From IMG/VR virus record IMGVR_UViG_3300036852_000324, positions 1 to 52,070 of that record: DNA of 52,070 nucleotides; one strand, 5' to 3'. The notes under the pieces were generated by a model. It was given only the letters and a program-made list of their open reading frames with translations, searched no databases and was not told the origin of the DNA. The translations under genes and the position numbers were made by a program. The DNA is from a virus (Duplodnaviria > Caudoviricetes). Every line of letters begins with the position of its first letter. Within the stretch, counting starts at the first letter, position 1. Of the stretch, positions 1-8,296 are shown one piece after another.

Positions 1-51
1 CCGAGCGTCCCCTCACCACAAGTGGTACTCCAAAGAGTGTAGGATTTTCCA

Positions 52-74
52 ACATGTAACGTTTCGTTACATGT
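52..74. repeat. Perfect 10-bp inverted repeat ACATGTAACG-ttt-CGTTACATGT
   Basis: Read directly from sequence in the AT-richer non-coding left end. Confidence 0.9.
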
Positions 75-201
75 CGCGTTTTCCTACACGACATTTTTGT
101 CCGTATGGTCACGTAGTACTTTCTCTCAATATCCCTGATCGGATCCCGGTCGGTCCTGGCCTCAAATCCAGCTTTCTACTCTAACGTGACTTCTTCCCCC
201 T

Positions 202-239
202 TCTCTCTCTCCCACTCCCTTCAGGGTGGGAGAGAGAGA
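202..239. repeat. 14-bp inverted repeat TCTCTCTCTCCCAC-N10-GTGGGAGAGAGAGA
   Basis: Read directly; arms 202-215 and 226-239. Confidence 0.9.
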
Positions 240-377
240 GTCTTATTGTGCTAGACCTGAAGACCCTTGAGTACTATGTCAGTTATCTAGGATCATATCG
301 CCGGGTCATTTTTAGCCTTAACCCGTCATATCCAAGCGTATGACTTAGTATTGGAACAATCACTAGGCTGTTTTCTC

Positions 378-406
378 TTGATACGCTCGACTACCGATAC
401 TAAGGT
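378..406 (+). promoter_or_regulatory. Putative sigma70 promoter TTGATA-N17-TAAGGT giving a leaderless transcript for the HTH gene
   Basis: -35 at 378-383, -10 at 401-406, ATG 6 nt after the -10, no SD. Confidence 0.6.
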
Positions 407-412
407 GTCCTC

Positions 413-946
413 ATGGAATCCAAACCAAAGAGTGACTTCGCGAAGATGTGCCGGACGCTGCGTGTCCAGAAAGGCCTTAAACAAAGAGAGGTTGCGGAGG
501 GAATCGGCGTCAAGCCTTCGACCTACGGGAACATCGAGTCAAGTCCCTGGAAAGTCGTAGGTATCGAGAAGGTCGAGCGGATGATCCAGCTCTACGGATT
601 GGGGCCTCCGCGGTCCGATGAGCTGCGGGATGCCTGGTCCCGTGTTCCGCTTTCCGCCTACGGTGAGAAGCAACGTCAGACATGGGAGCGCCGCAATCGT
701 CAGCGCTCCAAGGCCAAGCACCACGACCGCCTCAAGCGATCGCTCTGCGAGGTTCTCGGTCTATTGCTGCCCGAGTACCCGCACACGGTCTGCGCCTGCT
801 CCTTCGACCGGGAAGAACCCTGCGAGGTCTGCATGGCATTCGAGAACCTCGGGCTTCCCCCGTTCAAGGACATGCCGACCGCGATCCGGGATCTCGCCAA
901 GCTGCAGGACAAGCTGGTCACTTCGGCATCGACGGAGGTGTCGTGA
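413..946 (+). CDS. XRE/Cro-CI family HTH transcriptional regulator with C-terminal Cys cluster
   Basis: LRVQKGLKQREVAEGIGVKPSTYGNIES is a classic HTH_3 pattern; C-terminal CAC...CEVC possible Zn site. Confidence 0.85.
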   Translation: MESKPKSDFAKMCRTLRVQKGLKQREVAEGIGVKPSTYGNIESSPWKVVGIEKVERMIQLYGLGPPRSDELRDAWSRVPLSAYGEKQRQTWERRNRQRSKAKHHDRLKRSLCEVLGLLLPEYPHTVCACSFDREEPCEVCMAFENLGLPPFKDMPTAIRDLAKLQDKLVTSASTEVS

Positions 947-1221
947 TGGCGGACGTCGACCAGGTCGAACTCGAAAGACTCGCCCTCGGGTATCCGCCAT
1001 CCAGATCGGACCACGAGGAAGTCATTATCGCCATCGCGAAGGAGCTGATCCGCCATCGCTCCGCCGTGGCCGCGGACAGGGAGCGGGTGATTCAGGTGGT
1101 GCGAGAGCAGATCACGAAGCAACGCAAGATTTTCGAGCACGGCTATCACACCACAGTCCACGAGATGGACGACGCCATCGCCATCCGCTCCGCTGATCAG
1201 CTCGCCGGGGCGGCGCCATGA
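946..1221 (+). CDS. Hypothetical protein (MADVDQVELER...)
   Basis: ATG overlaps upstream TGA; GGAGG upstream; start trimmed from track ORF 682..1221. Confidence 0.65.
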   Translation: MADVDQVELERLALGYPPSRSDHEEVIIAIAKELIRHRSAVAADRERVIQVVREQITKQRKIFEHGYHTTVHEMDDAIAIRSADQLAGAAP

Positions 1222-1433
1222 TCCAGGAGGTCGTGTACATGGAGTACGACACCGACGAAGGACCGACGGCTGATGTGTTCGACATCGATCCGCCGCTCGC
1301 CCCCGGAGAGTTCGAGATCAACACCGACTTCGATCTCGACCTGACGCCGCCCGATCTGTCTCGGCTTCCGACGAAGCCCATGGATCCGATCACGCTGAAC
1401 GACCTGTGCTCGTGGTGTCGAGGTGACGGATGA
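1218..1433 (+). CDS. Small acidic hypothetical protein
   Basis: ATGA overlaps on both sides. Confidence 0.6.
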   Translation: MIQEVVYMEYDTDEGPTADVFDIDPPLAPGEFEINTDFDLDLTPPDLSRLPTKPMDPITLNDLCSWCRGDG

Positions 1434-1597
1434 GCGATGTCATGGAGATGAACGCGATCGAGCAGGCGGTGTACGCAGCCGCTTTCGTCGATGCATTCAG
1501 GGTGATGTTCGAAGGTCGTCCACTGGAGGAACGAACTCGTCTGGCAAAGGCGGAGGCTGCGTTTATGATCCAATGCTTTCGCATGGGGCCGTCATGA
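1430..1597 (+). CDS. 55-aa hypothetical protein (MSDVMEMNAIEQAVYAAAFVDAF...)
   Basis: Translated by hand (below track cutoff); ATGA overlaps at both ends; resembles 43231..43425. Confidence 0.6.
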   Translation: MSDVMEMNAIEQAVYAAAFVDAFRVMFEGRPLEERTRLAKAEAAFMIQCFRMGPS

Positions 1598-1890
1598 GCC
1601 TCGGCGACGGAATCCTCTGTCCGGTCTGCTCCGGTCAGACCGGCGTCATCGAGACCCGCCCCCTAGTCGGCGAGATCCGGCGCCGCCGGCGATGCCTCGA
1701 CCGGGGATGTTCCGGGAGAGTCTCAACCGTCGAGAAATCCGTCGAATGGGTAGCGCCAGACATGGTCCTCGTGTCCCGTCGTGCCCTGAAGCGCCTCCGG
1801 CTGATCGTTAGCGAGCTGAATTCCTCGTCGGTCCTACGCGAAAGCTCTTGCGCATCACCGGAGGAGTCTGCTATTCCGGTGATCGAATGA
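1594..1890 (+). CDS. NrdR-like zinc-ribbon protein (no ATP-cone)
   Basis: CPVC...TGVIETR...IRRRRRC...C.GRVSTVE matches the NrdR N-terminal zinc ribbon/Arg-rich motif. Confidence 0.75.
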   Translation: MSLGDGILCPVCSGQTGVIETRPLVGEIRRRRRCLDRGCSGRVSTVEKSVEWVAPDMVLVSRRALKRLRLIVSELNSSSVLRESSCASPEESAIPVIE

Positions 1891-2375
1891 TCACGCTGGT
1901 TGCAGTCGACCCAGGGAACAACGAGAGCGCGGCCGTCGCCATGGAGGAAAGTCAGATATTTGACTTCGGAAAATTCCCAAACGAGGAATTCCTGAAAAAG
2001 CTGGACTACATCAGAATCAGCTCTACCGACCTCACCGTTCTTGTGATCGAAATGGTCCAGTCCTATGGGATGCCTGTCGGTGGCGAGGTATTCCAGACCT
2101 GTGTCTGGATCGGAAGATTCATCGAGCGCTGGCGGGGTCGTCACGACACCATATTCCGGCAGACGGTGAAGGCCAGGTTGTGTAATGACGTCAGGGCCAA
2201 AGACTCCAATGTCCGCGCCGCGATAATCGAGCGATACGGCGGCAAGATGGCCGCCATCGGTAACGCCAGGAAGCCCGGTCCGCTCCACGGCGTGACCGGG
2301 GACGTCTGGGCCGCCCTGGCCGTCGCTGTCACGTACCGCGCCGACGTTGGATCCGGCCTCGGGTTGCTCGCATGA
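1887..2375 (+). CDS. RuvC-like (RNase H fold) Holliday junction resolvase
   Basis: N-terminal VAVDPG, internal VLVIE, C-terminal DVWAALAVA acidic triad; ATGA overlap at 1887. Confidence 0.75.
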   Translation: MITLVAVDPGNNESAAVAMEESQIFDFGKFPNEEFLKKLDYIRISSTDLTVLVIEMVQSYGMPVGGEVFQTCVWIGRFIERWRGRHDTIFRQTVKARLCNDVRAKDSNVRAAIIERYGGKMAAIGNARKPGPLHGVTGDVWAALAVAVTYRADVGSGLGLLA

Positions 2376-2554
2376 TTTCTGACGAAACCCCGATTTCCGA
2401 CGAACTGGCGCGCTGGATGAGCGCCTCGGATGGGAAACTCGAACTCACGACGTCCGAGATCCGAAGGGTGGGTTTGGAGCTTATTACCCTGCGTAGGCGT
2501 GTGGCCGATCTCCAGTCAATAATCGATGAGCTTCGTAGCAGGTACTTGCCGTGA
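2372..2554 (+). CDS. Small coiled-coil hypothetical protein
   Basis: ATGA overlap with upstream gene. Confidence 0.55.
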   Translation: MISDETPISDELARWMSASDGKLELTTSEIRRVGLELITLRRRVADLQSIIDELRSRYLP

Positions 2555-2762
2555 GCTACCCAGTCGACGGAATTCTTCCTATTCCGAGATGTACCTTCGT
2601 CCTGGTCCACGGAGCTACCTCGAGCCGGTTCCGCCGGGTCGGTCCAAGGGGCGGCGGATTGAGCAATAGTCGTGCCCCGCGGAAGGGGAACCCAAATCGA
2701 TCCGCCCTCACCAAGCCTAGGCGCCGATCACGAACGGTCTCGGCCAGAATCCCCAAGGTCGC

Positions 2763-2993
2763 ATGAAGCGTCCCCCGGTCGGATCCGAGGAGTGGAAGCG
2801 TATCCACCGCCAGGTGATGGCGGAGCTGCGTGAATTCAGAAAGCTCGCAGGTGGATGCCGGCAATGCTCCCGTCCGGCCAAGATCGGAAGGGACGGAAAG
2901 CCGATGTCGGCTTGCCAATTTCATCTCGACGAGGACAAGGCCAGGGTCGCTCGCGCGGCATCGAAGGCCAGAAAGGCAAAGATCCGTGGATAG
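2763..2993 (+). CDS. Basic small Zn-finger-like protein (CxxC...CxxH)
   Basis: CRQC and CQFH motifs. Confidence 0.55.
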   Translation: MKRPPVGSEEWKRIHRQVMAELREFRKLAGGCRQCSRPAKIGRDGKPMSACQFHLDEDKARVARAASKARKAKIRG

Positions 2994-3147
2994 CTCGCTG
3001 GTTTCCGACGATGTCATCGAGGCGGCCGTTCGCGTCGTAATCGCCTGCTGGTACGCGGTAGCGGTGTCCGTGACCTACCGGGCGATGTGGGCGGATCAGA
3101 CCAGGGTCATTCCCCTCGCTATCGTCGTTCGGAGGTGGTTTCGATGA
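2986..3147 (+). CDS. Small membrane protein
   Basis: GTG start, one hydrophobic segment; overlaps neighbours. Confidence 0.4.
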   Translation: MDSSLVSDDVIEAAVRVVIACWYAVAVSVTYRAMWADQTRVIPLAIVVRRWFR

Positions 3148-3569
3148 GCAACGATTGCCAGAAGTGCGGACCGAATCCGCAGGAGTGTCCTGTTGTGCTG
3201 TGCTCCCCATGCGCGCTCAGTGAATCATCAACCATCAGCATCAGTGAGCTGGAGGCGCTGCACGCGGCGATGAGCGCTGGTGAGTTCCGCTATGTCGAGC
3301 AGACCGGACGAGTCGAGGCGACGAATACGACATCTGCCCTTCGGCTGCCAAAGGACATCTGCGAGATGGACATCTGCGAGATGTTCGTCGGAAACGCCTT
3401 CAACAACGCCCACGGCATCGTCGCCGAGCATAACGCCATGCCGGTACTGTTGGAGGTCGTGAAGGCGGCACTGGCGTGGCAGGAGTCGCGTCAGGATGCC
3501 GAGACTGATTATGAGGTTTCAGTGGCCGATGGAGAACTCGCCGACGCGCTCGCCAAGGTCCGGCCATGA
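3144..3569 (+). CDS. Hypothetical protein with N-terminal Cys cluster
   Basis: GGAGG SD, ATGA overlap; contains tandem DICEM duplication. Confidence 0.65.
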   Translation: MSNDCQKCGPNPQECPVVLCSPCALSESSTISISELEALHAAMSAGEFRYVEQTGRVEATNTTSALRLPKDICEMDICEMFVGNAFNNAHGIVAEHNAMPVLLEVVKAALAWQESRQDAETDYEVSVADGELADALAKVRP

Positions 3570-3757
3570 AGGTCATCGTTTGTAAAGACGAGGATGCCGT
3601 TGCTCTCATCGACAGAATGAAACTCAAAGAGCATGAACTCGTCAACATGTTCGGCCAGCAGGACCAACAGCAGCGTTACGTGGCAGTGGAAACCGTGCGC
3701 GGTCTGATGTTCGTGTTGATCGACTGGCTAAAAACTCAGGGGTTCAAAATCACATGA
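3566..3757 (+). CDS. Hypothetical protein
   Basis: ATGA overlaps both sides. Confidence 0.6.
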   Translation: MKVIVCKDEDAVALIDRMKLKEHELVNMFGQQDQQQRYVAVETVRGLMFVLIDWLKTQGFKIT

Positions 3758-3921
3758 CCCGCCTTATCCTGACCACCTCCGCCGCCCTCTGGCTCGCGCT
3801 CGCGTTCCTCGCACCGGGAGATCTGCTGCTCGTGCTGGGTATCGGCGTGGCGATCGGACTTGGCGTGATCGGCTGGGTGACCGGATGGAGCGATAGACCA
3901 GAAGACAGGAGGATGCAATGA
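3754..3921 (+). CDS. 55-aa two-TM membrane protein (MTRLILTTSAALWLALAFLAPGDLLLVLGIGVAIGLGVIGW...)
   Basis: Translated by hand; exactly fills the gap with ATGA overlaps. Confidence 0.6.
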   Translation: MTRLILTTSAALWLALAFLAPGDLLLVLGIGVAIGLGVIGWVTGWSDRPEDRRMQ

Positions 3922-4262
3922 GCGGTCAGTGCACAGCAACGCACAATTTCTCAGATGAGCCGATATCTTGTACTCGTCAATGCAGCCTTCAGCAGGGTCA
4001 CGATGGGACACATATCACCTACGACGATCGGTGGTGGTCAACGTTCGTGGCCCCACAGCCGGATCCGAAGCCCAACGGCAATCCCGCTATTGTCGATCTC
4101 GTTCTTGCTGATTTTCGCGAGCGCGATCGGATCGGACAACAGCGCTATGGCACCCGCCTGCAGGCGCGCAACGGTCGCGATGCCCTGCGTGATGCGTACG
4201 AGGAGGCGCTTGACCTGGCCATTTACCTTCGACAGGTGATCGCCGAGCGAGACGGAACATGA
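3918..4262 (+). CDS. MazG-like/all-alpha nucleotide pyrophosphohydrolase-like phage protein
   Basis: RDRIGQQRYGT...DAYEEALDLAIYL (EExxD) pattern; AGGAGG SD. Confidence 0.55.
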   Translation: MSGQCTATHNFSDEPISCTRQCSLQQGHDGTHITYDDRWWSTFVAPQPDPKPNGNPAIVDLVLADFRERDRIGQQRYGTRLQARNGRDALRDAYEEALDLAIYLRQVIAERDGT

Positions 4263-4408
4263 TCACCCTCCGCTCCCTCGAACCCCACCCACCGGCACCG
4301 CGCCAGCTCGTGTTGGCGTTCATGGCCGGGCTGTCGATGGCCGCGGGACTGTCGGTAGTCGCGGGGATGTATCTAGACGAGCTGATGGCGGAGATGGCTC
4401 CCGAGTGA
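4259..4408 (+). CDS. 49-aa single-TM protein
   Basis: Translated by hand; ATGA/GTGA overlaps. Confidence 0.5.
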   Translation: MITLRSLEPHPPAPRQLVLAFMAGLSMAAGLSVVAGMYLDELMAEMAPE

Positions 4409-4839
4409 CCTCGGTCCATGCTCCATGTATCGCCTGCGGCGGCTCCGGCGGACGCTATAGCCCGAACGTCTGGGACCGATGTGGATCCTGCGATGGAATC
4501 GGTCGTTCGTGGGCACCTGGCGCCCCGAGATACGGGTGCTCGATTCTCCTCTCCGACCGGGATCCCGGGGAGATCGTCACGCTCGGAAACGGAGACCGCG
4601 GCAAGATCCTTTGGCACATGCCGCGACGAAAAAAGAAGGTCATACCGCAGACCACGTTTCTTTCGCTGTTCGACGAATTCACCGAACGAGAAAACCATCA
4701 GCCGATCGCGTTCCCGTCATGCGTCGGAGTCGCCTCCGTCGATGTGGCGAGAACGATCGTTGACCGCGATATCCACGACGAAAAGAGCCTCGACTACAAC
4801 GATCCCGTGCACCGGCAAATGGCCGGCCGTCTGATGTGA
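4405..4839 (+). CDS. Hypothetical protein with DnaJ-type CxxCxGxG zinc finger
   Basis: CIACGGSG and CGSCDGIG. Confidence 0.6.
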   Translation: MTSVHAPCIACGGSGGRYSPNVWDRCGSCDGIGRSWAPGAPRYGCSILLSDRDPGEIVTLGNGDRGKILWHMPRRKKKVIPQTTFLSLFDEFTERENHQPIAFPSCVGVASVDVARTIVDRDIHDEKSLDYNDPVHRQMAGRLM

Positions 4840-4852
4840 CCAAGGAGCCACC

Positions 4853-5269
4853 ATGCCAAAGCCAGATCCAAGATTTCGCGCTCTCGGTGAACCCCGTATC
4901 GCCACCATTTCCTCGACCTTGACCGAATCCGAGATCGAGGCACAACGCCAACAGGTCTGCGTCATCCAGGACCGCCAGGACTCCCTGAAACGTGGCAAGG
5001 CGGCGGCCATGCAGAAGTTCAAGGCGCGCGCGGCCGAGCTGGAGTCGATGAAGGAAATCGCCCTTCGACAGGTTTCGACCGGAAAGCGCGATGCCGAGAT
5101 CCTGGTCCAGGACTTCATGACGCCGTCCAACGAGGTCGTTTCGATCCGGTTCGACAGCGAGAGCCAGGAGATCGTCGAGCGCCGGACGGCGACCGCTGAG
5201 GAGCTACAGGAGGAGCTGTTCGGCGCCGATTCGGAAGATCCCACCGGATTCGCCACCAGGCCGTCCTGA
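4853..5269 (+). CDS. Phage hypothetical protein (coiled-coil)
   Basis: AAGGAG SD; typical high-GC codon usage. Confidence 0.7.
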   Translation: MPKPDPRFRALGEPRIATISSTLTESEIEAQRQQVCVIQDRQDSLKRGKAAAMQKFKARAAELESMKEIALRQVSTGKRDAEILVQDFMTPSNEVVSIRFDSESQEIVERRTATAEELQEELFGADSEDPTGFATRPS

Positions 5270-5305
5270 CTCCGGTGTATGATTCCGAGATCGGAGGACC
5301 GCGAA

Positions 5306-5611
5306 ATGTCAAGACCTACCTGCAAGGACTGTCATCGGAATGTCGTGCTCGTTCGGGTCGGAGATGGACTGGTCGCGACCGACCCGGAGCTGATCATGGT
5401 GATACCCGCGAGCAACAGAGTTCCGTCTCAGGATACCGCGCAGGATCTTCCCAGGATCGTCATGGCGTCCCGGCAGACCTTCGCACGGCGGCTACATTCC
5501 GAGCTGTGTCAGTCCTATCAGGATCGCGCTCGCCGGGAGCGCATCGCCGACGAGCAGCGAGCGTACAACAAGAAAAACGGAAAATCACCGAGGAGGAACA
5601 GCGGTCTATGA
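5306..5611 (+). CDS. Hypothetical Zn-binding protein (CxxC...HxxxC)
   Basis: GGAGG SD before ATG 5306; CKDC and HSELC. Confidence 0.6.
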   Translation: MSRPTCKDCHRNVVLVRVGDGLVATDPELIMVIPASNRVPSQDTAQDLPRIVMASRQTFARRLHSELCQSYQDRARRERIADEQRAYNKKNGKSPRRNSGL

Positions 5612-5799
5612 TCACGGTAGTAATCGGATTTCTTCGGGAGCTATGTATCCAGCTGAACGTTCGCGCCGATGGCTGGGCGGAATCCGCGGGCCTCGCGGCG
5701 GTCTCCGGCATGGGCGAGCAGTTCGCGCTGCGCGCGTCGGTCCTTCGGGAGGTCGCCACCTCGATCGAGACCGCCATGAAAAAGACGCTACTCGCGTGA
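5608..5799 (+). CDS. Hypothetical protein
   Basis: ATGA overlap. Confidence 0.5.
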   Translation: MITVVIGFLRELCIQLNVRADGWAESAGLAAVSGMGEQFALRASVLREVATSIETAMKKTLLA

Positions 5800-6056
5800 G
5801 CGTCGCGGAGATGCAGGCCGAGGTCAAAGCCAGGGTCGACGCTTCCATGAAGCCCACCCTCGACCTCTATCGAGAGCGTTGCTGGCTCTGGCGCCTGACC
5901 TGTCTACTCGAGCTACGCGACCTAGAGCGCCTGAATGGAATCCTTCGCCGGTTGTCGGAGACCGACCTGAAACGCGTGGCCGCCTTCGCCGAGGGGCTTG
6001 CCGAATGGGCGGAACCGGTGTTACAATCACCGGATGCCAAGATCTCGGACGGGTAG
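5796..6056 (+). CDS. Hypothetical protein
   Basis: GTGA overlap. Confidence 0.5.
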   Translation: MSVAEMQAEVKARVDASMKPTLDLYRERCWLWRLTCLLELRDLERLNGILRRLSETDLKRVAAFAEGLAEWAEPVLQSPDAKISDG

Positions 6057-6522
6057 ACCGCGCGGACGTCCGCGAAAAAATCCACTACCCGCGCCGGATG
6101 ATGCCGGGTTCGGCTGGGATCCGAAGACCGATACCGAGTCCCAGCTGATTCCGGCGATGCCGTTCATGGGAGAGCAGCCGACCGCTCCTGACCCGGAGTT
6201 GGTCGCGCTCGGTCTGCCTCCGTCCGACGCCGCCGGCATCCAGAAGTGGAACTACCAGGTCCTGAGCACCATGGCCGCTCTGGTCCTGCGCAGCGACAAG
6301 ATCGGCGACGAGACGCGCATGAAGCGCGTGGCCGCGCTGACGATGGCCGCCGCCCGGCACTATCCCGAGGCCGCGAAATGGGACCTTGCCCAGAAGATCG
6401 CGGCCGATGCGGCCGAGGTCATGGGTCGCCGCCGCGCAAAGGCTGCAGCCAAGATGGAGCGTAGGCCAGCGGCGGGCGGGGCGAAGGTGATCCCGATTCG
6501 GCGCGATGCCCAAGGCAGCTGA
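6034..6522 (+). CDS. Probable terminase small subunit (AT-hook-like N-terminus)
   Basis: Immediately upstream of and overlapping TerL; GRPRGRPRK motif; TGtTACAAT extended -10 ending 6 nt before ATG. Confidence 0.55.
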   Translation: MPRSRTGRPRGRPRKNPLPAPDDAGFGWDPKTDTESQLIPAMPFMGEQPTAPDPELVALGLPPSDAAGIQKWNYQVLSTMAALVLRSDKIGDETRMKRVAALTMAAARHYPEAAKWDLAQKIAADAAEVMGRRRAKAAAKMERRPAAGGAKVIPIRRDAQGS

Positions 6523-8293
6523 GACCCGCGCGATCGAGCAGCGCCGCCGGCATGGCGACGACAGCGCAAACTTGGTCGATATGCGCCTCGACATGGAGCT
6601 AAACGATCAGCTCCTGCTGGCGTGCGGTGGGCGCTGGAATCGAAGGCTGAACGACTGGGAGGGCGATGTCGACGCCTGCGAGAACGCGGTTGTCGCGCGG
6701 CTGCACCCCGGTCAACTCAAGGCCACGCAGTGGTTCGCTGGATGGATCGGTGTTCACGCCGGCCGGCGCGACAATCCGCCGGGAGACGCCGAGCTGAACG
6801 ACGAGGACATCAGCACCGATCCCTTCGAGGTCTACTCCGCCCTGGTCGCTGGTGGCCGGCGTGGTGGAAAGACGTTCTGGGCGGCCGTCGCCGTCGTTGC
6901 ATACGCGGTCCAGTTCCCCGGTGCGATCATCTGGTGTGTCAGCCCGAGCCGTGGACGAGACGACACCAAGGCCGACGAGATCCGACGCTACATGGTCCCG
7001 CTGATCGCGCCGGAATGGATCCGGCGGCAGACCGTGGCGACGGGATGGGAGCTGATCAACGGTTCCACGATCATGCTCAAGAGCGCCCACATTGGGACGG
7101 ACTCCGACGCCATCAAGGAGGGTCAGGCGGACCTGGTGTGGATGAACGAGTCACAGAAGATGGCGAAGCGGGTCTACGTGGTCGCCCGCGGCGCGATCTC
7201 TGATAAGTCGGGGCTCGTGCTGTGCTGCGCCAACCCGCCGGTCGAAGCCAAGGATCAGCAGTGGGTCTCGGACTTCGCGGCGGACACCGATTCGGGACGC
7301 CGCGCGAGCGTTCACCTCCCGTTCAATCCCCTCGACAACCCCCACATCGACCGGCGCGCGTTGCTCGCGATGGCCGCCGAGCTGGACGAGCGAACATTTC
7401 AGATCGAAGTGCTCGGCATGTTCATGCCGGCGATCGACTGCGTCGCATACAACTGGCTGCGCAAGGAGAACGAAATCCGCACGCCCCAGCCGACGGTCGA
7501 CGGCCACCGGCAGGTCCCATGCCCCCGGACCGGGCTCGTAGACGTCACCGCCGAGTTTCTGCAAGGCGAGGAGGAGGGCGAGGGCATCACGAAGCTGATC
7601 GGTCTCGACGTCCAGCGCATCCCCTATATCGGGGGGCCGGTCTACAAGTTCTTCGACGAGCCTGGCAGGCGGCCGACCCGGGAAACCGTGTCCGCATGGA
7701 TCGTTGGCGAGGAGATCCTCGACGGCGGCGACGAGGAGGAGTGGTGCTACACGCTCCACGAGGCGAAGTACGATCCGACGAAGACCCTGATCGTGTGCGA
7801 CGCCACTGGCGAATATCAGCACAGCCGGCGCCGCGCGGCGGACAGCCCCCCACCGACCTGGACCGGGCGTGGAAGCTTCGATCTGATCCGCGGTGCGGGG
7901 TTTCGCCGGATCGTTCCCCCCTCGCGCCGGTTCCATCGCAAGAACCCGGAAATCGTCGACCGAATCCGGTCGTTCACGTCCATGATCTGCAACAAGCTCG
8001 GGGTTCGGCGTCTATTCGCCGATCCCGACCTTGCTCCGAAGACATGCAAGGCGATCCACGAGTGGAAGGCGATCAACGGCAAGCCGTCGCGCTCGCAGGA
8101 CGTGGCCCACCTGGGGGATGGGATCAGCTACCCGCTGATCCGCCTCTTCCCAAGAATCCTTCGATCTGGCAACACCGTACCTATGGATCCTGTGACAGAG
8201 CGCGTCGATCGCCCGCGGGCGGACGCCGGAGATCGATTCTTCGGAGCCCCGACGCCGGCGGCGCGCCGGCCTCCGCGAAACCGTGGGCTGTAG
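6506..8293 (+). CDS. terL: Terminase large subunit
   Basis: Walker A GGRRGGKT, Walker B-like LVWMNE, motif III CCANP, C-terminal nuclease region LIGLD...HLGDG; precedes portal. Confidence 0.85.
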   Translation: MPKAAETRAIEQRRRHGDDSANLVDMRLDMELNDQLLLACGGRWNRRLNDWEGDVDACENAVVARLHPGQLKATQWFAGWIGVHAGRRDNPPGDAELNDEDISTDPFEVYSALVAGGRRGGKTFWAAVAVVAYAVQFPGAIIWCVSPSRGRDDTKADEIRRYMVPLIAPEWIRRQTVATGWELINGSTIMLKSAHIGTDSDAIKEGQADLVWMNESQKMAKRVYVVARGAISDKSGLVLCCANPPVEAKDQQWVSDFAADTDSGRRASVHLPFNPLDNPHIDRRALLAMAAELDERTFQIEVLGMFMPAIDCVAYNWLRKENEIRTPQPTVDGHRQVPCPRTGLVDVTAEFLQGEEEGEGITKLIGLDVQRIPYIGGPVYKFFDEPGRRPTRETVSAWIVGEEILDGGDEEEWCYTLHEAKYDPTKTLIVCDATGEYQHSRRRAADSPPPTWTGRGSFDLIRGAGFRRIVPPSRRFHRKNPEIVDRIRSFTSMICNKLGVRRLFADPDLAPKTCKAIHEWKAINGKPSRSQDVAHLGDGISYPLIRLFPRILRSGNTVPMDPVTERVDRPRADAGDRFFGAPTPAARRPPRNRGL

Positions 8294-8296
8294 CTC

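Noticed and set aside
2551-2766. ORF filling the gap between 2372..2554 and 2763..2993
   Set aside because: Overlaps fit coupling, but the composition (Arg/Pro/Ser-rich, atypical codons) gives too little support to call
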